From an uncultured Gemmatimonadota bacterium (GTDB lineage: Bacteria; SM23-81; DAOVCL01), in assembly GCA_964626665.1 (NCBI GenBank), contig CAZVGK010000001.1, forward strand, positions 1 to 64,000: a DNA stretch of 64,000 nucleotides. Direction: 5' to 3'. Positions 27,590 to 36,059 of this stretch are shown piece after piece. Below the pieces are notes generated by a model. The model was given only the letters and a program-made list of their open reading frames with translations, was not told where the DNA came from and searched no databases. Each line of letters begins with the position of its first letter. Position 1 is the stretch's first letter. Position numbers and translations under genes: made by a program.

Positions 27590-28153
27590 TTGGCTTTATT
27601 CATTGTTCTTCTTGTATTTATGATTATCGGCTCCATCATTGCAATTGAGACCAGGAACCTGCTCTCCGCAGTGATATCTGTGGGAGTTGTGGGCTTTGCC
27701 CTAAGCATCGCTTTCCTCCTCCTGAAGGCTCCGGATCTGGCCATTACCCAGGTGGTGGTAGAAGTAATCGCCCTCATCCTCTTAATCAGGGGAACCATCT
27801 CCTTGGATAACACGGCTATAGAGAAGCATAGGGACACATTTGCTCTGGTTTCTTCCCTGGTCTTCTTCGGCATCTTCCTGGCCTTTGGCTGGGCGGCCCT
27901 CCAGCATCTGCCTAAGTTTGGTGAACCCTTGATGAAGGTCTCCCAGGACTATCTGCAGACGGGTCTCCAGAAGACCGGGGCAGCCAACATAGTTATGTCC
28001 ATAGTCCTTGATTTCCGGGGTTATGACACACTGGGAGAGGCCACCGTGCTCTTCACCTCCATCTTAGGGGCCTTTGTGGTTTTGAGGAAGAGGGGGAGGA
28101 AGAAGAAGGAGGAAAAGGATACCGCCAGGGTGGGGATACCTGGTGATCTTTAA
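27590..28153 (+). CDS. MbhD/MbhE-like fusion (DUF4040 + MnhB N-terminal part)
   Basis: APDLAITQ and DFRGYDTLGE motifs. Confidence 0.88.
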   Translation: MALFIVLLVFMIIGSIIAIETRNLLSAVISVGVVGFALSIAFLLLKAPDLAITQVVVEVIALILLIRGTISLDNTAIEKHRDTFALVSSLVFFGIFLAFGWAALQHLPKFGEPLMKVSQDYLQTGLQKTGAANIVMSIVLDFRGYDTLGEATVLFTSILGAFVVLRKRGRKKKEEKDTARVGIPGDL

Positions 28154-28166
28154 GGGGGGGAAGGAT

Positions 28167-28637
28167 ATGCAAGGGATGACCCTGATAGTGAAAACCGTAG
28201 TGCGCATCGTCAGCGCCTTTATCGTGCTTTATGGGATCTACATCATCCTTTATGGTCACCTTACACCCGGTGGAGGCTTCCCCGGGGGGGTAATCATAGC
28301 CGCTGCCTTTATCCTCATTATGCTGGCCTATGGGAAGGAGGTGGCCTTAAAGAGGTTTGGCGATAGGTCCGCCTCCCTGTTGGATAACTTAGGGGCCTTG
28401 GGCTTTCTCTCCATTGCCCTTTTGGGGATAACCGGAGGTTATTTCTTCCTCAACTTCATCAATCATGGTCAGCCCTTCAGGCTGATCAGTGCGGGCACTA
28501 TACCCCTCTCTAACATCGCCATTGGGATAAAGGTCTCGGTCTGCCTCTATGCTGTGTTTATAGCGTTGGCCATATTTGGCCGGGCGGTTTATCGGGCGAG
28601 GGGAGGAAAGGATTTAAAGGGAGGTGGGGAGAGATGA
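28167..28637 (+). CDS. mnhB: MnhB/MbhF-like subunit
   Basis: YGHLTPGGGFPGG motif. Confidence 0.9.
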   Translation: MQGMTLIVKTVVRIVSAFIVLYGIYIILYGHLTPGGGFPGGVIIAAAFILIMLAYGKEVALKRFGDRSASLLDNLGALGFLSIALLGITGGYFFLNFINHGQPFRLISAGTIPLSNIAIGIKVSVCLYAVFIALAIFGRAVYRARGGKDLKGGGER

Positions 28638-28984
28638 TTGTTTATTTTCTTGCCCTTGTCCTCTTTGTGCTAGGTCTTTACTGCCTTGTGGCCAAAAAGA
28701 ACATCGTCAAGAAGGTAATTGGTATGGCGATTATGGACTATGCGGTGAACCTCTTCCTTGTCTTAGTGGGCTATAGGAGGGGAGGGGTAGCTCCCATCCT
28801 CCTTAAAGGGATGGATAGGGCCAAGTTCGTTACGCAAAGCGTAGATCCTCTTCCCCAGGCCCTTGTCTTAACCTCCATAGTCATTGGCTTAGGGGTGTTA
28901 GCCCTGATGGTTGCCCTCTGTATCAGGCTATACGAGAAGTATAAGACCTTCGATATGAGTGAGATAAGGAGATTGCGGGGATGA
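28634..28984 (+). CDS. mnhC: MnhC/MbhG-like subunit
   Basis: DPLPQALVLTSIVIG motif. Confidence 0.93.
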   Translation: MIVYFLALVLFVLGLYCLVAKKNIVKKVIGMAIMDYAVNLFLVLVGYRRGGVAPILLKGMDRAKFVTQSVDPLPQALVLTSIVIGLGVLALMVALCIRLYEKYKTFDMSEIRRLRG

Positions 28985-28999
28985 TAATTTCAAGGAGTT

Positions 29000-30478
29000 G
29001 TGATGCATAGCCTTCTGCCGCTTTTTATTGCCATCCCTCTGGGCGCCGCCTTTTTGGGCCTGATCATCGCCAAACTCTGGAGAGGGGCAGGAGGTCTCTT
29101 TGCCTTTTTGGGCACTCTCTCCCTGATGGTCTTCTCCTTCTGCCTATTGGGCCAACCCCCATTCATCTACAAGATGGGGGGGTGGATCCCCCCGGTGGGG
29201 ATCAACTTGGTCTCCGATGGGTTGAGTGGCTTTATGCTCGTGGTGATCAATACCGTGGCCTTTTTGGCCATAGTCTTCTCCCTGAAGTATATGGAGCTCT
29301 ACACGGCCAAGCCCAAGTACTATGCCCTCTTTATGCTTATGCTGGCCGGGATGAACGGCGTCGCCCTTACTGGGGACATGTTCAACCTTTTCGTGTTCCT
29401 GGAGATAGCCTCCATCTCCTCTTATGCCTTGGTGGCCTTTGGCTGTGAGCACGAGGAATTGGAGGCTTCCTTTAAATACCTCATCTTAGGTGGGGCCGCC
29501 TCTACCTTTATCCTCTTAGGGGTGGCTATCCTCTATAGTTTGACCGGCACCCTGAATATGGCCGATATGGCCCAGGTATTCTCCTCGGGAAAGGTAAACA
29601 GTGCAGCCCTCTTTGCCCTGGCCTTTTTTACTATGGGCTTTGGGGTAAAGGGGGCGCTGGTTCCCTTTCATGCCTGGCTTCCCGATGCCCATCCCTCCGC
29701 CCCTGCCCCCATTTCAGCTATGCTCTCTGGAGTTCTGATCAAGGTCTTGGGGATCTATGCCCTGACCAGGATTATCTTTAATGTCTTTGGCTTTACCCCA
29801 ACTATCGGGGCCATACTGATGGCCCTGGGTGGGCTCTCTATGGTTGTGGGAGCCCTTTTGGCCATTGGCCAGGATGACTTAAAGAGGCTCTTGGCCTATT
29901 CCACCATTAGCCAGATTGGCTATATAGTTTTGGGGTTGGGACTGGGCACCCCATTGGGGATATTAGGGGGGCTTTTTCACCTCCTCAACCATGCCACCTT
30001 TAAGTCCCTCCTCTTTATGTCCTCAGGGGCCATTGAGTATTCTACGGGAACAAGGAAGTTAAGCCAGATGGGAGGGCTGAACAAGAGGCTGCCGTTGACC
30101 ACTGCCGTCTCCACTACGGGCTTTCTCTCCGTCAGCGGTATCCCCCCCTTCAATGGCTTTTTCAGCAAGCTGATTGTCATTATCGCCTGTGTGCAGGCTC
30201 ACCAATACATATATGCGGGGGTGGCTGTCTTCGTGGGCCTCTTTACCCTCCTCTATTTTATGAAAGTGCAGAGGCACCTTCTCTTTGGAGATCTGCCAGA
30301 ACGGCTCAAAGGGATCAAGGAGGTTCCATTCTTAATGGGTTTTTCGCTGGTGGTTTTGGCCCTTCTCTGTTTAGGGTTAAGCTTTCTCTATCCGTTGATG
30401 TCCAAGACCATCCTGGCCTCGGCACGGGATGCCCTTTTGCACACCTCGGCTTACATTAAACTTAGCTTAGGGGGTTAA
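29000..30478 (+). CDS. mnhD: MnhD/MbhH-like subunit
   Basis: GGWIPPVGI, DMFNLFVFLEI, HAWLPDAH and KRLLAYS motifs. Confidence 0.93.
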   Translation: MMHSLLPLFIAIPLGAAFLGLIIAKLWRGAGGLFAFLGTLSLMVFSFCLLGQPPFIYKMGGWIPPVGINLVSDGLSGFMLVVINTVAFLAIVFSLKYMELYTAKPKYYALFMLMLAGMNGVALTGDMFNLFVFLEIASISSYALVAFGCEHEELEASFKYLILGGAASTFILLGVAILYSLTGTLNMADMAQVFSSGKVNSAALFALAFFTMGFGVKGALVPFHAWLPDAHPSAPAPISAMLSGVLIKVLGIYALTRIIFNVFGFTPTIGAILMALGGLSMVVGALLAIGQDDLKRLLAYSTISQIGYIVLGLGLGTPLGILGGLFHLLNHATFKSLLFMSSGAIEYSTGTRKLSQMGGLNKRLPLTTAVSTTGFLSVSGIPPFNGFFSKLIVIIACVQAHQYIYAGVAVFVGLFTLLYFMKVQRHLLFGDLPERLKGIKEVPFLMGFSLVVLALLCLGLSFLYPLMSKTILASARDALLHTSAYIKLSLGG

Positions 30479-30969
30479 TGGCAAGGAAGATAATAATATT
30501 TCTGGTCAGCTTTGCTACCTGGCTCCTGCTAACCTGGTCCCTTGACCCAGAGGAGTTGATTGCCGGGGCCGCCGTAGGGGTTTTGGTCGGTGTCCTCTTC
30601 TGGGATATCTTCCTCCAAGAGGGGAAAAGAACGGTTTTTGCCCCCAGGAGGTTTCTCTGGCTTGGCCTCTACATCCCAGTGTTTCTTTACTATATGATCA
30701 AGGCAAATTTAGATGTAGCTTACCGAGTCCTTCATCCGGAGATGCCCATAAACCCAGGGATAGTAAGGGTGAAGACCTCCCTGAAGACGGAGACAGGAAA
30801 GACCTTCCTGGCCAACTCCATAACCCTTACCCCGGGGACCCTTACCGTGGATATAGTTGACGATAACCTCTATGTCCATTGGATAAACATTTCTACCCTC
30901 GATCAAGAGGAGCAAACTAAGATAATCGTGACCAGGTTTGAAAAATTCTTAAGGAGGATATGCGAATGA
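30478..30969 (+). CDS. mnhE: MnhE/MbhA-like subunit
   Basis: ANLDVAYRV and LANSITLTPGT motifs. Confidence 0.93.
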   Translation: MARKIIIFLVSFATWLLLTWSLDPEELIAGAAVGVLVGVLFWDIFLQEGKRTVFAPRRFLWLGLYIPVFLYYMIKANLDVAYRVLHPEMPINPGIVRVKTSLKTETGKTFLANSITLTPGTLTVDIVDDNLYVHWINISTLDQEEQTKIIVTRFEKFLRRICE

Positions 30970-31220
30970 TCTGGCTTATCTGGGCATTGGTCTTCTCTTG
31001 CTTTCTCTGTCTCTATCGGGTAGGGGCGGGGCCTACACCCCCAGATAGGACGGTAGCCATTGATATATTAGGTACCCTGGTGGTGGGTGTCTGTGCTGTC
31101 TGGGCGGTGATCACGGGAAAGGATTTTTATATCAACATAGCTATTGCCTGGGCCCTTTTGAGCTTCATCGGCACCATCACCCTGGCTAAATATTTAGAGG
31201 GGAGAGGACTCGATGAGTGA
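30966..31220 (+). CDS. mnhF: MnhF/MbhB-like subunit
   Basis: GPTPPDRTVAID motif. Confidence 0.9.
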   Translation: MIWLIWALVFSCFLCLYRVGAGPTPPDRTVAIDILGTLVVGVCAVWAVITGKDFYINIAIAWALLSFIGTITLAKYLEGRGLDE

Positions 31221-31572
31221 GCCATTGGCAATCGTCCTCTTTGTCGTCGGAGGTCTCTTTGACCTCTTCGGCTGCATTGGGCTGGTCAGGCTGCCGGATA
31301 TCTATAATCGGCTGCAGGCAGCCACCAAATGTGTAACCTTGGGAACCTGTTTTATCCTTTTGGGGGTTTTCTTTTGGTCTGGCTTCTCGGCTATGGGGAT
31401 AAAGGCCCTGATTTGTGCTATATTTATCCTGATTACCTCCCCCACCGGAGCCCATGCCCTGGCCCGAGGGGCCCACATATCCGGGGTGAAACTCTGGGAG
31501 AAGAGCGTGATGGATAGGTATGCTGAGGATAAGGAAGGAAAGTTAGCCGGAGGAAAAGGTGAGAAAGCCTAA
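31213..31572 (+). CDS. mnhG: MnhG/MbhC-like subunit
   Basis: RLPDIYNRLQAATK and PTGAHAL motifs. Confidence 0.92.
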   Translation: MSEPLAIVLFVVGGLFDLFGCIGLVRLPDIYNRLQAATKCVTLGTCFILLGVFFWSGFSAMGIKALICAIFILITSPTGAHALARGAHISGVKLWEKSVMDRYAEDKEGKLAGGKGEKA

Positions 31573-32164
31573 GCTCAGGGAGCTAAAGGAGGCGGTGCGG
31601 GCCTTTGTTAAGGGCCCCTATACCACCAAATTTCCCAAAGTTCCGTCCATACCTCCGGAGAGATTTCGGGGGAAGCCGAAATATGATGAGGATGGTTGTG
31701 TGGGCTGTGGGGCCTGTGCCCAGGTCTGCCCTTCAGCAGCCATCGAGCTAATTGATGAAAGAGGAAAAGGTGTAACAGGAACAAGGGAATTGGTCCTCCA
31801 TTACGATAGGTGTATATTCTGTGGGCAATGTGAGGCCAACTGTATCACCGAGAAGGGGATTAAGCTCTCCCTGGAATATGACCTGGCCACCTATGACCGT
31901 AAGGAGACGGTGGAGTCAGTGGAGAAGGAGCTTCTCTTCTGCGAGTTCTGTGGCGCCCCCATTACCACTGTAGATCACCTTAAGTGGCTGGCCAAGAAGC
32001 TTGGCCCCCTGGCCTTCTCCAACCAGACTTTGATCTTGGTTTCCCATAAGGAGTTGGCCCTGGTGGACAAGACAGCCCCCCGGGACAAGAGGACGGACTA
32101 TATGAGGATTCTCTGTCCCCAGTGCAGGAGAGAGGTTATCTTTACAGAGGAGTGGGGGGCATAA
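31559..32164 (+). CDS. NuoI/MbhN/HycF-like 2x[4Fe-4S] subunit with extra C-terminal CxxC pair
   Basis: CVGCGACAQVCP, CIFCGQCEANC, CEFCG and CPQC motifs. Confidence 0.92.
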   Translation: MRKPKLRELKEAVRAFVKGPYTTKFPKVPSIPPERFRGKPKYDEDGCVGCGACAQVCPSAAIELIDERGKGVTGTRELVLHYDRCIFCGQCEANCITEKGIKLSLEYDLATYDRKETVESVEKELLFCEFCGAPITTVDHLKWLAKKLGPLAFSNQTLILVSHKELALVDKTAPRDKRTDYMRILCPQCRREVIFTEEWGA

Positions 32165-32253
32165 GGGCTCTCCCTCCTGAGGAGGGAAGTCCAAAGCCTT
32201 TTCCGCCAAAGGAGAACCCCTGTAAACAAGGTTTAATTGCCTTAATTTTTTCC

Positions 32254-32281
32254 TTGACATATTATCTTTCCCATATAGATT
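32254..32281 (+). promoter_or_regulatory. putative promoter of the CsoR-family gene
   Basis: TTGACA-N16-TAGATT in an AT-rich stretch. Confidence 0.45.
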
Positions 32282-32334
32282 TAAAGTTTTGAGAAGTTCA
32301 GACCCTTAAAATCTCTTTGAGAGATTAACTCAGT

Positions 32335-32607
32335 ATGCCCGTCAGTGCAGAGACAAAGGCAGACCTCTCCAGCAGGTTGGAAAAGGCCAGAGGGCAGCTT
32401 TCTGGCCTGCAACGGATGATTGAAAATGGTGAGGACTGCACGCAAATTCTCACCCAGATCAGTGCTGTGCGGGCCGCTATTGGTAAAGTAGGGATAATAA
32501 TCGTGCAGAATTATATGAAGGACTGTTTGGATATCTCAGAGGAGAGGGAGATCACAGAGGTGAGGGTGGAAAACCTTGTGGGTATCTTATCCAGGTTGAT
32601 CAGATGA
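32335..32607 (+). CDS. CsoR/RcnR/CstR-family repressor lacking the metal-binding His
   Basis: RL..ARGQL.GLQRMIE..EDC..IL.QISAVRAA and QNYMKDC motifs. Confidence 0.92.
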   Translation: MPVSAETKADLSSRLEKARGQLSGLQRMIENGEDCTQILTQISAVRAAIGKVGIIIVQNYMKDCLDISEEREITEVRVENLVGILSRLIR

Positions 32608-32648
32608 AGGGGAATCCCAATTGGTATATTTTTTTTAATCTTTTGCTA

Positions 32649-32667
32649 TACCCTACACCGTAGGGTA
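32649..32667. promoter_or_regulatory. CsoR/CstR-type operator
   Basis: Palindrome TACCCTAC-ACC-GTAGGGTA, 17 nt upstream of the first mbs-like gene. Confidence 0.8.
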
Positions 32668-32684
32668 AAGGAAAGTATACCCAT

Positions 32685-33206
32685 ATGCGGTCGGGAACTT
32701 ACATTTTTAAAGATAAGCTGAAATGCTTTCTCTACCTGTTCGTTCTGTCTGTTCTGGTATGGCTGGCTCTCACCTCCACCTTTCAGTGGGAGGAGTTGAC
32801 CACAGGGGTGGTGATCAGCTTTTTCCTTTCCCTCCTGTTGAGTGGGCGGTATCTTGATTTGGGGTTACCTCCATTGAGCTTGAAGAGAATTATTCTTGCC
32901 CTGTGGTATATCTTTGTCCTTTTTTGGGAGATAATAAAGGCTAACCTTGATGTAGCCTATAGGGTTATCCATCCTAAGATGCCCATCAGGCCAGGTATCG
33001 TGGTGATCCGCACCGGGCTTAAATCAGATATCGCTAAGCTGGTCCTGGCCAACTCTATCACCTTAACCCCAGGGACATTTACCCTGGATATCCAGGGTGA
33101 GAACCTTCTTATCCACTGGATAAATGTCCAGGCCGAGGATATGGAAGGGGCAACGAGAATTATTGGGGAAAAGTTTGAAAAATACCTGAGGGTGATCTTT
33201 AAATGA
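32685..33206 (+). CDS. mbsA: MbsA/MbxA (MnhE-like)
   Basis: LANSITLTPGT motif; first gene of the cluster. Confidence 0.88.
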   Translation: MRSGTYIFKDKLKCFLYLFVLSVLVWLALTSTFQWEELTTGVVISFFLSLLLSGRYLDLGLPPLSLKRIILALWYIFVLFWEIIKANLDVAYRVIHPKMPIRPGIVVIRTGLKSDIAKLVLANSITLTPGTFTLDIQGENLLIHWINVQAEDMEGATRIIGEKFEKYLRVIFK

Positions 33207-33454
33207 GCATAACTATTTTCTTGGTGATAATAGGTTTGGGTGTTATTCTCTGTCTGCTCCGGATGTTGCAGGGCCCAACGGCACCTGATCGGGCGGTGGC
33301 CGTGGACACCTCGGCTACAGTAACCACTGCCCTGCTGGTTCTTCTGGGTTTTTTCTTCAAGAGATATGTCTACCTGGATGTCTCCTTGGTCTATGCGGTC
33401 TTAACCTTCATAGGGACTGTGGCCATTGCCAGATATTTAGAGAGGGGGATATAG
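33203..33454 (+). CDS. mbsB: MbsB/MbxB (MnhF-like)
   Basis: GPTAPDRAVAVD motif. Confidence 0.88.
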   Translation: MSITIFLVIIGLGVILCLLRMLQGPTAPDRAVAVDTSATVTTALLVLLGFFFKRYVYLDVSLVYAVLTFIGTVAIARYLERGI

Positions 33455-33461
33455 CCCCTTA

Positions 33462-33512
33462 GCTGGCTTCATAAGGCAACTTCTTAAAATTGAGGTATGG
33501 TTTGCAGCCAGC
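33462..33512 (-). repeat. ~50-bp GCTGGCT mini element, inverted copy
   Basis: Reverse complement matches 4020-4074 and 42803-42849. Confidence 0.7.
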
Positions 33513-33620
33513 AATTGCAAATTGCAGATTGTAAATTGAAAATAGCAAAATGAAAACCAAAATGTGGGGTTAACAGGTTGGAAGCAATAATGATTTTTAC
33601 TTTTACACTTTGCAATTTTC

Positions 33621-33822
33621 GTAACCGTTTAGCCATTTGAATAGCTTCATTGAAACTAAAACAAAGACGCTCTATTCTGTCATTTCGAGCGTAAGCGAGA
33701 AATCTGGTGACATAAAGGGCTAAGATGAATTTAGATTCCTCCCTTCGGTCGGAATGACAATCCTGGATTTCTCTGCACTCAATCGACTATTATCACCTTT
33801 CTTCACATAGCTAAACAGTTAC
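33621..33822. mobile_element. 202-bp MITE with 13-bp TIRs and 8-bp target-site duplication
   Basis: GTAACCGTTTAGC...GCTAAACAGTTAC, flanked by CAATTTTC on both sides (33613-33620 and 33823-33830). Confidence 0.85.
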
Positions 33823-33881
33823 CAATTTTCAATCTGAAATTCGCAGCTTCGCTGGTTTAGATCTCAAGGAAGAGGTTTGAG

Positions 33882-34217
33882 ATGGGAGTTGTAGGTCAGA
33901 TAGTCACGGGGATTGGCGTTATTTTCCTCTTTTTAGGGAGCTTGGGGGTGTTCAGGCTGCCTGATGTTTACAACCGGCTGCAGGCAGGAACGAAGTGCAC
34001 CACCTTAGGGGCATTCCTCACCATCATTGGGGTAGGGATGATGGAACCGGCCTGGTTTGTGAAGACACTGCTCATCGGTCTGTTCATTCTGGCCACCAAT
34101 CCCATCTCCAGCCATGCCTTGGGGAGGGCAAGCTGCAAGAGCGGAGTTCCCCTCTGTGAGAAAAGCGTAGTGAACAAGAGCAAGGACCTATGCAAGAAGG
34201 GGGAGGAGGCGGAATGA
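33882..34217 (+). CDS. mbsC: MbsC/MbxC (MnhG-like)
   Basis: RLPDVYNRLQAGTK motif. Confidence 0.88.
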   Translation: MGVVGQIVTGIGVIFLFLGSLGVFRLPDVYNRLQAGTKCTTLGAFLTIIGVGMMEPAWFVKTLLIGLFILATNPISSHALGRASCKSGVPLCEKSVVNKSKDLCKKGEEAE

Positions 34218-34450
34218 TCTTCCAGGCATTTTTAATATTCATAATGCTTATCGGGGCCATCGCCGCGGCCCTCTTCCGGGATTTAATGAACTCCGTCATC
34301 GCCTGTGCTCTGGTCAGTTTGATTGCCGCCATTCTCTTCTATTTCCTCCAGGCCCCTGATGTGGCTATGGCCGAGGCATCCATTGGAGCTGGGTTAACTA
34401 CCGCTATTTTCGTCATTGCCATCAGGAGGACGAGGAGACATGAGGAATGA
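34214..34450 (+). CDS. mbsD: MbsD/MbxD (DUF4040)
   Basis: QAPDVAMAEASIGAG motif. ATG overlaps the upstream stop. Confidence 0.88.
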   Translation: MIFQAFLIFIMLIGAIAAALFRDLMNSVIACALVSLIAAILFYFLQAPDVAMAEASIGAGLTTAIFVIAIRRTRRHEE

Positions 34451-34565
34451 AGGCAGCCGAGGGTTAGTGTTCTGGCTACATTAAGTAGTCCATAGATTAC
34501 TATTTTACGAAAACGTGTCAGAATGCCCAGTCCTGTGAACGGGAATGAGTGACATCCTTATAGTT

Positions 34566-34658
34566 CCCTCTCCCCTGGGGGAGAGGGTTAGGGTGAGGGG
34601 GGGATCGGAGGTAATTCTCACCCTCTCCTTAGTCCTCCCCCATCAAGGGGGAGGAGAG
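34566..34658. repeat. CCCTCTCCC/CCCTCACC palindromic repeat family (also ~15610-15665, 51360-51380, 63495-63580)
   Basis: ccctctcccctgggggagaggg hairpin. ctccttagtcctcccccatcaag matches the reverse complement near 63495-63530. Confidence 0.7.
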
Positions 34659-34754
34659 TGTTTTAGCTGAGCGGTCAGATCCCCTGATCTGCATTACGGC
34701 ATATTCTCAAAAGCCCAGAAAAGGTTAGTCCGGTTAAAGCCGGGTAGAATAAGG

Positions 34755-34848
34755 CTACTTCGTCACCTTGCTTCCCGCAATGACATATCTTTGCCTGTCA
34801 TTGCGAGGCTTGCCCTGAGCGGCAGCAAGGGGCAAGCCGAAGCAATCT
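34755..34848. repeat. GTCATTGCGAG REP-like pair
   Basis: cgcaatgac...gtcattgcgaggcttg...gaagcaatc. Confidence 0.8.
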
Positions 34849-34894
34849 TTAACCTCTGCTGCACTGTAAATCTTGTGTTTAACGCATTAAAGAT

Positions 34895-35584
34895 ATGAGA
34901 AAGTTAATTAGCTTAATCTTGCTTTTGGTTGTGGCCTTAGGGGTGGGCTTCTCCCTTTCCCAGGTGCCTTTTGGCCAGGAAAAGACTAAGGTGGGCAAAT
35001 ACTATGTAGCCAAAGGGGTCAGGGAAACAGGAGCAACAAATATCGTTACCTCAGTGGTCCTTAACTATCGAGGTTTTGATACCCTGGGTGAAGTCACGGT
35101 TCTCTTCATTGCTGCTCTGGGCCTGGGGGCCGTGCTCTATCGTCGCGGCAAGAGGAAAACCAGAAAGGGTTTAGAGCCGGCAAGCCTAATTCTCTCTACA
35201 GGGTGCCGTTTCCTCTTCCCCTTAATTCTCCTTTTTGGGGGTTACATCTTCATTCATGGTCATCTCACCCCTGGTGGGGGTTTCCAGGGAGGGGCGATCA
35301 TCGCCTCCGCTTACCTCTTGATTTATTTGGGTTGTCGGGGGGGGAGGATAAACAAAAGAGCCTTTAACGCTATAGAATCCTTAGGCGGTTTGACCTTTGT
35401 GGTGATTGGATTGCTTGGGCTGGTAGTTGGCGGCTATTTCCTCCTGAACTTTTTCCCCCTGGGGAGGGCAAATTTCCTCTTCAGCGCAGGCATAATTCCC
35501 ATTATCTATGTGGCTATTGGGTTTAAAGTTGGTTCGGAGCTGGCCGGAATTGTGGACAACCTGATGGAGGAAACAGGTGATTGA
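34895..35584 (+). CDS. mbsE: MbsE/MbxF (fused MnhB-type subunit)
   Basis: NYRGFDTLGE and HGHLTPGGGFQGG in one polypeptide. Confidence 0.88.
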   Translation: MRKLISLILLLVVALGVGFSLSQVPFGQEKTKVGKYYVAKGVRETGATNIVTSVVLNYRGFDTLGEVTVLFIAALGLGAVLYRRGKRKTRKGLEPASLILSTGCRFLFPLILLFGGYIFIHGHLTPGGGFQGGAIIASAYLLIYLGCRGGRINKRAFNAIESLGGLTFVVIGLLGLVVGGYFLLNFFPLGRANFLFSAGIIPIIYVAIGFKVGSELAGIVDNLMEETGD

Positions 35585-35632
35585 AGAAGGGAGCGCCAAT
35601 AGTCTTCTGGCTAAGGGTTTTTAGCTGAAGAG

Positions 35633-35998
35633 GTGGAGATGGGTTTTCTCTCTAAAAGCATCTATTACATAGCATCTTTCGGGTTGATATTCATCGGTCT
35701 ATACATCGTTATGGTGAAGAAGAACCTGATCAAGGTGATCATCGGATTGAGCATCATAGACACCGGGGTGAACCTTTTTCTCATCACCATTGGCTATATC
35801 TGGCGAGGAACTGCCCCCATTTATTCCCGGCCAGGTTTATCAGCGAAGTCTATGGTTGACCCTGTCCCCCAGGCTCTGGTTCTTACCGCCATTGTCATTG
35901 GTGTCTCCGTTTTGGCTTTAGCACTTTCCTTAGCCATAAAATTATATCACCATTACGGAACGCTTAACCTACGGAAAATAAAGGAGTTGAGATGGTGA
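35633..35998 (+). CDS. mbsG: MbsG/MbxG (MnhC-like)
   Basis: DPVPQALVLTAIVIG motif. Confidence 0.9.
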   Translation: MEMGFLSKSIYYIASFGLIFIGLYIVMVKKNLIKVIIGLSIIDTGVNLFLITIGYIWRGTAPIYSRPGLSAKSMVDPVPQALVLTAIVIGVSVLALALSLAIKLYHHYGTLNLRKIKELRW

Positions 35999-36059
35999 AG
36001 GGGTTAAACCACAAATTTCTCCAGAATATTTGGGCCCTTTCTCCGGCGAGGTATAAGGA

